Origin: a virus | Taxonomy: Duplodnaviria; Caudoviricetes | IMG/VR virus record: IMGVR_UViG_3300043419_001406 | Span: 1 to 51,894 of that record | DNA length: 51,894 nucleotides | Direction: 5' to 3' (one strand) | Part shown: piece after piece, positions 29,701 through 41,700 of the stretch | How the letters are laid out: each line of letters starts with the position of its first letter | Position numbering within the stretch: the first letter of the stretch is position 1 | The notes under the pieces: model-generated | The model's input: the letters and a program-made list of their open reading frames with translations, nothing else | What the model was told of the DNA's origin: nothing | Databases searched by the model: none | Made by a program: the position numbers and the translations under genes

Positions 29701-32700
29701 GGCCGATAATCTCATAACCGGCGGGACTGTGATGGACCCTGCCGGACAGACCTCCAGCCCGGCGTTTCTTTCGATCGCCATGGAGTCCATGGACGCCGCA
29801 GGAAACTTCGACTTCTCCAAGAAGATAGCCCGCGTAGACAAGGATGTCGGCGAGTGGCTGGGCATGTATTCCAATCTCGGAAACAACTCCCGCAACTTCG
29901 TAGACCAGATCACGAAGAGCATCCGCGAAGGGCTGGATCAAGCCGCCGGAGATACGGACAAGGTAGGATTGGTGTACGCCAGCCTCACTAAGGCCCTGAT
30001 CGACGTCGGGGTTTCCCACGATCAGGCCATGTTCGCCGAAAGGATGATCATAGAGCGGATCAAGCTTCAGGATGCCGTCCGGTCCTCCGGCGTCGGCTCC
30101 GCCGAAGCGCTGAACTCTCTGGCATCCATATCTGACGCCATCTTGCAGAGCGAAGAAGCTCGCGCCGGTGGTCCTAGGATAGGAGGCCTTTCAAAGAATA
30201 AGATCGAGTCGTACACCGCGATGCTCAAGGAGTACCGGAAGACCGGAGAGTTTCAGCTCGGGTCCAAGGAGGTAGCCAAGGGCAAGACCATCGAAGGCGA
30301 CAATCTGCTGATGCTCTCCGGAAGGAAAGCAGAGGCCTATCTGTCCAAGGAGCGCAAGGAAATGCTCATCGCCATGGGGCTGATGGGCAAGCTCAAGGAC
30401 TCCGCCGGCAACATCCATACCTACTTCGAGATATCGGACGCCCGCGCAAAGCTGAACACCGCTACCTTCGCCAACGGCCTAGCGGGAGTCCTGACCGAAG
30501 GACTTCCCGACGCCGAAGCCGCCATCGAAGGCGCGCTCCTGTCCCGCATAGGCAGGGCAAATACTGTCGACCTTCAGTCGCTCATAGACAATTTCAACTC
30601 GCGCAACCTCAAGCTCAAGGACCTGCTGATTCATGACGAGCTGTACGCTCTCTACCCTCAGCTTCCCGAGATGAAGGTCACCTGCACCCGTGGGCTGGGC
30701 GCCTCGTTCAATCCAGCCGGAGACAAAGGCTTCCAAATAGGCGTGGATAACCTGCTCAGGCAAGAATACGCGTCCCGACTCGATATCGACTCGTCGTCCG
30801 CTAGGGCTGGCGAAGGCATGGGCCATGAAGGTCATGGCGAGTTTCCTTCCTACGAGGAGCTCCTGAGGGACACCTTGCTGCATGAGGTCCAGCATGCCAT
30901 CCAAAATGCCGAAGATTGGAGGGATATAGCCTTCCAAGCCGACGCCGGAATCAGGTCAATGACGACGGATCCGACGGCTCCCGTGTTCTCGGACGCCCAG
31001 AATCCGTCCGGCTATCTGACCCCCTTCTATGTCGGAGCCGCCAAGGCTCTTGGGTCCGACGAGAACATAGGCATCATGGGCCCGTTCGAAGACGACGGAA
31101 CCCTTAGCTCAGACGTCGTCAGGATCCTCAAGAAGCACTTCGCCGATCATGACAAGCTTGCCAACGTGGTCATCCGCAACACCGGAGCCGCAGGCATCCG
31201 CGAAAGCATCGGCTACGCCGGCACGGATGACGTCGTAAGGGCGATCAAGGCCATAATCGAATCGCCTTTGGCCAAGACGCTCGTCGCCGACGAGATACCC
31301 TCCGTCGTCAGGATAGCCGAGAGGTACGCCACGGCCATAGACCTGTTCGAGTTCGCCCTGTCCAACAGGGCTTCTGAGTTCGATGATACGGCCCGGGCCA
31401 ACATGGCCGCCAAGCTTAGGGCCAACAGGGTCGCCGTCATGAACATGCGGGCCGCCGCCATGGCCTCCCTTGAGCGCGTCAAGGAAGGTTCAGATCCTCT
31501 GGTCGAGGCTTCCGCCTTGGCCGGAGTGGTCCGCGACCTCCAGCCCAGCATGATCATAAAGGACCCGTCGCTGTCCATCCTCGCGAAGGACGTCGTCGGC
31601 AACATGGACTACCTGACGTACGTCCAAGAGGTCGCCGTGAGGCCGCTCACTAGGTCCCTTAGCAAGCTGGCCCTCGCCGCCCATAACGGCCCCTCGTCCC
31701 TCTCTCCGCTTCAGGCCAACCTCAGGATCGCCGAGGTGGTCCATGGACTCATGGGGGCCCTGTACATGCAGGACCCGATGGAGATATCCGCCCGCGAGAC
31801 CGAGGCTAGGTCCAAGATGAGCCTTGAGCAGCTCGCCAAGCTTCCTCGTAAGACGACCGAAGACATCGTCAAGATGCCTGAAGCCCTTCGCATCGGCTTG
31901 TTCGCTAGGTCTGTCGCCATGTCCGACATGGGCATGGAGATGAGTCCCGGCATGTTCGACGAGTTCAAGAATGACAACTTGCTCATGATCGGTGGTTCCA
32001 AGGGCAGCCAGAAGCTCTCCTCGGAAGTGCTCACCAGCCAATCCGCCGTCTACGAGCTGGGCCTCAGGTACATGGCTAGGGCGTCCTTGCTCAGCCACCT
32101 GATAAAGCCCGACGACATCATCAAGCGAGCCAACGAGCTGGCATACAAGAGCCGCGGCTGGAAGATAACCCCGGAGGGCAAGGCGGTCTACGTCGTGTCC
32201 GAGGGCTTGCTTTCCATCAGCAGGGAAGGCGTGTCCGGAAGGGATGTGGTCTTCAACCTGATGAACACCTTGGATACTACCGCGGGACAGCCGCGTAGGG
32301 ACAGGGCTATCAGGAACGATACCGATCAGCGCATACAAAGGATCGAGGCCGGCAAGAACAAGGATGCTAGGAGCAGGGCCATGTCTGGCATCGTTGGCCC
32401 CAACCCGGAAAACCTCAGCCTTCAGGATATCGAGAAGATGGGCTCGGCGTTCGGCAGGGTCGCCGACGCAGAATACTACAGGGACAATGATTCGAGCGGA
32501 GACGCCGGAGTGCTGTTCGCGGCCGGCCTTTCCAAGGACGGAACGTCCGTCACCATTGAAGACATAGCGGACGCCATCGGCGCCGCCATCAAGGTTGAGT
32601 CCGAGATGACCATGGGAAGCCCGGCCCTTGACGCCGTGATGTCCAGCAACTTCCCCGACTTCTTCCTCGGCGAGAACTTGGTCCAGATGCTACGCACCGC

Positions 32701-35700
32701 AGGCGTCGACGAGCAGTCCATACTGTCATCTAGGGCCGACGAGATATCCAAGTCGTTCGCCAACAAGCGCGTGTCCAAGTCGGAAGTGGCCGACCTTATG
32801 GCCATCATGCATGACGTCCCGTTCGCGGACTATGCGAATGACGTCACCAACAGGGAGCAGGTGCTGATGAGCGTAGGAAAGCTGGATGAAGAACTGCCGG
32901 AAAAGATAAGGGCCGCCTACTTCGAGGACGGCGACATGGGCAAGTTCATCAGGTCGACGGTGCACACCATCCTGAACTCAAGGACCACCTCTGGGGATGA
33001 GCCGTTAAAGTACATGTTCGACAGCGACACGGCTCTTTCGGGCGGGTCTGGCATCATGAGGCTCCATAACGTGGTAACCACGGTCATAACCCAGCATTGG
33101 AACATGATAGAAGGCCTCTACAACCTTACGGGGAACAGGTCTGTCGCAGAAAAGCTCCTGAAGAGGCTCACGGATAGGTATCCCACCGCGCGTGACGTGT
33201 CTCCCAGCTTCCACAGCAATAGGGTGGTGTTCCAGAAATCTGTCACGATGGCTGGCGGCGGAATCGATCGCGACACCGCGGCCAACATGATGAGAAAGGC
33301 GTTTACCAACAGGCTGAGCAAGCTTCTCATGGCCCTCACGCCGCTTGCCGAGCGCGTCGCTGAGCTCTCCCGCGCGGACGAAACCACGGCAACCCTCAAG
33401 CTCCTCGAGCACATATACGGCAAGGTCATCGACGAGACGCTTCAGCATGTCGAACGCATGCGTATGAGCGCCGACGACTCCGGAGGTGTCATTAGCGGCT
33501 ACTCGGCCCTCGTCGGCAGGCACATAGGAATGGGGGGAGGGTCCTACTCGATCACCGACAAGTCTAGGGCGACGTTCCAGAAGCTGGCCGAAAGGACGCT
33601 TGGTGGCACTAGGGTGAGCCGCATGTCCGGCACCCTGCCGCTGGTAGGACTTTATGGAGGAGCGACGCACCTGATGCGCCTGTCCTCTAGGGTCGACAAT
33701 GTCTTCATGAGCACGGCCGGCGTTGCCCTGCAAGGTCAGGGAGGATTTGTCTCTGACAGCGGAAGGTCCTCCAACCTGATCAGCAACCAGACCGCCGGAG
33801 AAACTGAGCTCAGGCTCATGCTTGAATCTAGGCCGGACGTCACCAGAATATTGGAAGAAAGCGCTGACCTAGCCGACGAAGCCGACCTGACGGCGGCTAG
33901 GCTTATCGTCTCCAAGATGGGCGACATGGTCACCGCTGGAAGCGAGGACATGGTCGAAAATCATGCGCCCATGATAGTGAGCGTCATGCGAGCCCATAGG
34001 AGGCTCAGGCAAATGGCAAAGGGCGTCATGGCGGCAATAGACACCCAAGGAAACTATCTCGGGGTAGGGTCGCAGCTCCGTCCATCAAAGATGATTTCCT
34101 ACTATGGGAACGTCTTCCTTTCGGACCAGACGGCCGCGCTGATCAATAAGACCATCGCCGATGACCAAGTAGGCATGGAGCTGACCCTTCACCACCTGCA
34201 AGACCAGCGCGAAAAGGCAACGGCCTTGCTTGAGCTGATGAGGTCCATCGAAGATCAGCCCGGCATCCTGCAAAACTTCGGCACCATAATGACCGAATCG
34301 TTTGGCGATACCTATCATACGGCCGCCGACGTCAATAATGCTAGGAGGCTAACCAATCTGTCCACCCTCAGGACCTACGTCCCCAAGGATGGCGAAAAGA
34401 GGCTGGTCATAACATCGGCCCACGAAAGCCTGATGAGCGCGGCCGAAGAAAAGGATATCACGATCCTGTCCGGCATGGACACGACGTCCATGAACTCGCC
34501 GGCGTTCGCATCCGGTCGGTACGCCGCCAATGATTACACCGTATCGGCCAACCTTTTCGGAGACATGCCCGGAGAGCCGATAGGCACGGCGCTCGAACGG
34601 ACGTCATCCGTGCTGGCAAAGGCCCTCGATACCTCGCAGATGAGGGATATTCAGTTCGCCGATCAGGTCGCTAGGACGATGCGGTCGTTCAAGGGACAGA
34701 CGAGCATGTCCTACAAGCAGAACTCGATAGGCAGGTCCATGATACATGTGGCCGGCGGAGGCTTCGGTCTTTACGGCGCCGCCGACCAACTGTCTAAGTC
34801 CAATGACGCAAAGCTGAGGGCTCTCGGGGAAGCCCTAAGGAGCTTCGATCACGAAGTGGGCGTCGACTATGAGACCGACCTAGCCAGCTCCTTGCTCGCA
34901 GGCCTTATGGTCCCCCTTCTCAAGAGGCTTTCTGATCGCGAGTCTCTGTATGACGCCAAGGCGGACATAGCATTCCTTGTAGATGCATTCAGCAAGGATA
35001 AGGCGAATTGGTCTGGGAACCTAGACGATTTCGTGTTGAGCTGCCAAAACGCGATGAGCCGAAGCAACGGCATCGGCATACGCAGGCTTGGGCAGTATAT
35101 GAGCGTCAGATTCTCTTCGGCCGATTGGCAGGGCATGGCTAGGGCGGCCGGAGCCGTCATGTTCGACAGGCACATAAGCCTCGGATTGGCCACCAAGTTC
35201 ACGGCCGATGAGATCAAGGCCATACGAAGGGAATACATGAAGACCTTGGCCTCCAACAAGGCCGACACGCCCGAGTATGAGTCCTATCATCGTCAGAGGT
35301 CTCAGGCAGGAGAACTTCCTTACACCAGAGAAGTGCTATTAGAGGAGGGTCAGGGATTGTCAAAGGGCACGAAGATCTCGGAGTCTAAGAGCGCCCTGTA
35401 TGCGATGAATAACCTGATCGAACAGGTCCTAGGCACTAGCGACCATGGGTCCGGTTCGGCCCTGTTCTTCGCAGTTCTCGGCGGGCTTACTGATCATGAA
35501 GGCGTGAAGCATTCCCCGGCGGCCATCAAGACTGATGACGGGTGGAAGGTCGCTCCCAGCGGTTTTTCCCAAAACGCCGACAGCTCAGCCAGAGATATCG
35601 CCTACGGAAGCGTCACCGCGGACGAAGTCTTCGTCGAGGGTCCGAGTGGATTTAGCGAAGCATCCGGAGCCAGCATATACGAGAAGGGCTCGTTGTTCTC

Positions 35701-38700
35701 TTCCGGCGAAGTGATGACTGCCGATAGGGGCGGTATCGCGATGGCCTTGATGACGCACCCCGAGATGGAGTCATATCTGTCCGTCGTAAGGTCTCAGGGC
35801 GTTCCCGTAACCACGTCGTTCAAGCCGGCAAGGCATCCTAGGCTTACCAAGGACATAGTCAGGACCCACATCAGGAAGTCCATCGCCGCTAGGCTCAGGG
35901 ACTCGGGCACCGACGTGATCGAAATCCAGCCGGCAAGCATGTCCCTCTCATACAGGGCTCCGAGCGCCGCGATGCTGATAGGCATGCGCGGAATGGATAC
36001 CATCAAGGAGGCGGTCAAGGATTGGAACGGCTCCGGCATCAGGTCGATAGACCGAAGCATACAGTACAAGACAGGCACCCAGAAAGGAAACTACATAGCG
36101 GCTGGCGAAAAAGGCCTGTCGTTGGTGGAGGGCATGTATGGAGACATCGGAGCCATGGCCGAATCAAGGCCGTCCAGAGGCTTCTCTTGGACCCGCGCCG
36201 CGAACGGAGACATATTGGTGAACATATCCGGAGACCACCTCGGCTATAAGCTGGATGCACGAGGCCAAGGAAAGAAGATGGGCTTCGGATTCTCCCTGAC
36301 AGAAGGCGTCGGCTTCGATGGCACTAGGGGAATATTCATACCCGCCAAGGGCGGAGTACAGTCCGCGATACGCCACATCATGGGCACCTACGGGCACTTC
36401 ATGGGAGACGCCTACGACACGGGGTCTTCATCCATGAAGGCGGCTTACATCAGGGCCGATGAGAGGATGGGCGGAAGGATCCACAGGTCTAGGATAGATG
36501 GAGCCGGAAAGGACATCGCCATAGCTGCCAAGGAAGTGGTGAGCCCGTCGGTCGGACCCAAGACAGACCTGACGAGGGCGGCCAGCAGGCTGGCCTTGGG
36601 TCAGTCGGCCGGATATGTGACCATCAGGATACCTGCCAACTCCAACATGGAGACGATAAGGCAGATGCTTCTGACGGCTCACATGGATCCTACCATCACC
36701 CCCAACTACGGGCTGGCGGCGAATACGGGACGATTGGATAACATCACGCTGCACGAAATGTCCGTAGGTAACGGCGGCATAATGAGCCCCATTCAGGATC
36801 AGTCGGGCTCATACAGCAGGAGCATCAAGCACAAGATAAGGACCGAGGGTAATAGCATCTTGGACTCCGATCAAGACGCCAAGTCGCTGATAGACAGCCT
36901 GACAAGGATCAAGTCCCAGATCGATCCGCACGTCGTCGAAGACATCGAGCTTCTCGTGGCCAAGATAGTCGGAAAAGAAAGCGGCTACTTCCTGCCGGAT
37001 GCCGAAAGGAAGCTGGCGCTGGACGGCGATACCGGAATGGCGATAGCCTCCCTGTTCCCCGGCCGCGAAGACCTGCTGAAGTACTCTTGGGACGCCAAGG
37101 CTCGGCATGGCATCAAGGTCTGGAAGCGCACCGGCCCCAAGGGTGACGCCAACTTCAGGGCGCATGTCGTTCAGTTCGACACGCCCGTTTCCATCAGCCC
37201 GGAAGGCGGACTACAGATATCCAAGACGGCCTTCGCCTTCAAGACGGCGGCCGAAGCCGAGCAGTATGCCAATCAGGTGTCCCGCATGATGAGCGGCGCC
37301 GAAATGGTAAAAGCCCTCGCCGACGGAGACATTGAAGTCGTCGACAGGCCTGACCTCGCCAAAGCCAATGATGACTTCATAGGCGACGTCGAGCCCCGGA
37401 AGCTTTCCATGCTCGGAGAGGAAGGCATCGTGCAGTCCGAAAACGGCTATACCGTCGGAGACCTCGACTCGGTGTTCGACAAGAAGACCGCCTCTCAGAT
37501 GTCGAAGGTGCTCGGCTCTAGGAAGCACGTCAGGTTCAAGTCCAGCAACTTGCTCATGATAGGCTCTAGGAGCATGGACGAGCTGGAGTCCTTGGTTAAG
37601 AGCAAGCTGAACTTCGGCCTTCCCAAGGGCCCGATCAGGTTCGCCTCCAAGGCCATGAACGCAATCTCTAGGGGCTTGGATAACCACAAGCGTCACAGGG
37701 ATGTCATGAGCGGAGCGGATTGGTTCGCTTTCATGAAGACGAACGGCGTCTCCGGCGAAGAAATCCGTCAGTCCGGCCTAGGCCAGCTGTTCTCCACCTC
37801 GCTTGAAACGCCCTTGTCTAGGATGGATGTCGCCGAGTTCTTGGCGGCCATGATGCCCAATCTGGTCAAGAATGACTTCAAGTTCAGCCCCTACCAGAGG
37901 GCGATCGAGGCCATGACGATGGACATTCCTTCGTCCCCCCAGAATCCGGCCCCTGCCTTCTTGCAGTCCTCCGGATGGCATGTGCCTTACATCCAGAACG
38001 CCGCGATCCAGACGGTCGCCAACATGAAGATGAGCATAGACGCCGTCCGTGGACCGGTTTCAGAGCTCAGCAACAGGCTCAAGGCGGCGGTCGACGCCAA
38101 CAATGAACCGGCCGTCGCGAAACTTAAAGCCGCCATCAACGTCATAAGCGACGCCCTGATATCGGCCGCCGGCCGACTTGGAATCCCTGAGGACAGGGTG
38201 GTCGACATGATGCGCGGAGGACTTGGCATGGCCGACGTCGTCGAAGCCATGAACGAGCAGCTCAAGCAAAGGCTTCGTGAGGCCACCAGCGAGACCTCGA
38301 CTTCCAGCGACATAGCAAAATTGGCCAACGACCTTGACTTCACGGGAGTCGAGTCCGTCAGGCAGAAGTACAACGACGAGGTGGCCAAGATGATGAAGGA
38401 CGCCGCCCTGCTGGAGGCCCTGTCTGGCGTCGCCCCTGAGATATACGCCCCCTTGAGGCTCATGAAGCATGGCTGGATCGGCGCTACAAATCCGTCCTTG
38501 GGAGCCCTTTCCACCACAATCGGCGGAAGCGGAGAAATACCTAAGAACATGTGGTTCGGCTCCGGATACACGGAGCTGATGGGCCAGACGCTCGGAACCC
38601 GAAAGGAAGGATGGGCCACTTACTCGACCGGCAAGCAGGAAACCGGAACGAACACCGCCGTCCAATACTACAGCCCCGCCATTCGGGATCAGATAAGTCA

Positions 38701-41700
38701 GTACATCGCGGACCTCGGAGAGCAGGCTCTTGCCGCCGAACAGGCCGGCGACCTTCAAAAAGCCGACGCTGCTAGGAAGTTGCGAGATGCGGCGAAGCGA
38801 GTCGCAACCGTGAGGGAAGCCCTGTCGGGGGCCCCTTATGGCTCCGCTGGAAGCCACTTCGGCAACTACCTTCCGTCTGGAGATGTCACTCCTGCCGGTG
38901 GTGAGTATGAGATCGGTCACTACAGGTACTCGCTCAACCTAGCCCTGTCCGGACTTTCCGTGCCGCTGTTCGACAAGCCGGAAGCCCTGCTGATAGGCGC
39001 GAAGGAAGCCGGCCTGCCCATGGAGGTCAGGCTCGATAAGCTCGGATACCCCGTGATGATGCTCGAAGAGTTCCAATCCGACCTGTTCCAGAGGTACGGC
39101 GGAACCGGCGTCGTCGAGGAGGCTGATGCGTTCCTTCCTGCCAGCGCAGAAGAGGCCGTCAGGATGCAGTCGGTCCCGGCAATCAAGGAGAAGAAGGAAA
39201 GGATGGCCAGCCTCACGGCCATCAGGGACAACATGGCCAAGCACCTGCTTGAATCCCTGATGGATGTCACGGACGACAAGTCCTTCACCGACCTCACGAT
39301 AAGGCTTCAGCTCAACAACCTAGATTTGATGAACAAGATGTTCATCACGGCGAGCTGCCCGGGCCTGTTCCGCGGAACGGGAAGGTATGTCAAGACCCCC
39401 GAAACGCTGATAGCTTCGATCAAGAAGCAGGCCGGCTTCACCCTGCCCGAGCGCATGCTCGTGGTCGAGCCGGACGTCGAGCTCATCAAGATAGGCATGG
39501 GCGGAGAGCTTTCCGAAGCCTCATGGCAGAAGGTTTCCGACAGGATGATCCGGAACATGAGGTCCGCCGAGGACGTCCATGTCCTGTTCCGCGAGGGCGG
39601 CATGAACATGGATCAGATCGTTCAGGCCGTAATGAGGCACCCGCGCAGGAGCCTTGAACAGTCGATGAGGTCCATATCCCAGCTGATGGCCAAGGCCAAC
39701 ACGGACATGCTCTCTGAGAATTACCTCCTGAAAATCCTGCCCAACGTCGAAAACGCCCCCAATGGAGACCTTAAGCAGCTCTTGTTGGGCCTCGCCGAAA
39801 GGATACAACAGCGTGGAACCTCAGGAGGAGCAGAAGGGTCGGCGAACCTTCTCGCCGCCCAGCTGGCCGCCATGGTGCTTCTGGACGAGAAGTACGTCTT
39901 GGACATATCGAAGGCGGTGCAGGACGGATCCAAGATCGACTATGAAGCCGTCGCTAGGAGGACCCTTGAGACCATCAGGGCCAAGTTCGCCGACAGCCGT
40001 TCGTTCAACGGAAAGACCGTCCTGACGGCCTTTGAGGTCATGCTCATGCAGGCTTCTGAGCCCAAGCCGTTCCTCGGCGCGGAAAATAACTTCTCCGCTG
40101 GCACGGGAATAGGCCACGCCGAGCTCGGAAGCCTTATCGCTGCGGCTGAAATACCGGAAGCGGATCTGGCCGACGTCGAGAACATCTCCATCAACCAGCT
40201 CAACGAGTACCTCGGCCTCACGATGCGTCAGAGGGAAAGGATGGTCGGAGAGATAGCCGAATCGATATCCATGGGCGGAGACCTTTCCAAGAAGGCCATC
40301 TACATAAGCAGGGGCCCGAGCGTCGACGACGTCGGACCGCAGAGGTCTTACGTCACCATACGCACCACGAACTTGGAGCCCATGCAGCTCGCGAACAGGG
40401 TCGTGCTTGAGATGCTCAAGGCCAAGAAGGAAGGCCGTGCGATAAGGTCGATAGTCGTCGCGGACTACAACCGGTACTCCGGAACTCAGGCCGGCGCGTT
40501 CGTCCGATCCATATCGGAGCTGTTCGTCGCCATGGCCAAGAAGGAGTCCCTTACTCCTGAGATCGATAAGCTCGGATCCGAGATAGCGGAGCTGTCCAAG
40601 GGCGTACCCGAGATAGGGTCGCTCAAGGGCGCGCAGAAGCACGGGTCGAGCGCCGTCCTCCCGAACAGCCTCCCTCTGGTGGACATCAACGGATACAAGT
40701 CGGCCCACCTGTCCATGGCTGTCATCGATTCGATGAACCACGGGATGAGGGGCGTAGGCCTTTACGACGCCTCGTTCCAGCTGGAGCGCGGTCACGGACT
40801 CGATAATGATCCGACCACCTACATAGGCTTCGGTAAGAACAACAGGTATGTGTTCGCCCTAGATGACAAGCTGGCGTTCAAGCCGATCCAAGCGCTCCTC
40901 TACACCTATGAGAAGCTCTTGGGCGAATACAACGGTCAGGACGGGCCTCATGGAGGCTTCCTCTATAGGCTGGCCAACTTGGACGAAGAAGACGTGATCC
41001 GCCTCAAGTCCGGCAGCACGATAGATCATAACGGCGTCACGGGCACCCTCGGCAAGCACATGGCCATCTTCATGAAGGACATGAGCGAAAGGATCCCGGA
41101 CGGAATGGTGGAAACCATCAAGACGTCCTATGACACCAACGTGTCCTTCGAGATGGGAGGAAGGCTTCTCAGCAGGTTCGAGCAAAGCATCGACAAGAGC
41201 CTCAAGCGCAACCTGACGTCATCCCTTTCGGGCCCGGCGTTCGTAGGAGGCAAGAAGGTCGAGAACGTGCTCTGGGAGGGCGGAACCAAGTTCAACGCCA
41301 ACGCGATGAAGGATTCCGTGCTAACCCTGATGCCGGCCCAAGCGCACGGTAGCGCCGGCTGGGGCTATCTGACCAACTACGGACTTCCCGGATGGAAAGT
41401 TGACCTCATGATGACGGGCGCGTCCCGTGCATTCAGGGACAACTACAGCCTCGACGCCTTCGACAGGCCTAAGTTCGAGGTCAGGGGGAGCAACATGGTC
41501 CTTCTGGATCCGAAGACCGGAAGGGAGCTCGTCACGGTCGATGTCACCAGCGAGCAAGGCATGCGGATATTCCGCGAGAAGTACCTGCAAGCCAGCAAGT
41601 ATCGCGGAGGAAATTGGGCGATAAGGGCGTTCATGAAGGAGTGGGGAGCCGCCGGCGCCTACATAGACACGACCGTCCTTGCGGACCTTCCTAATTACCG

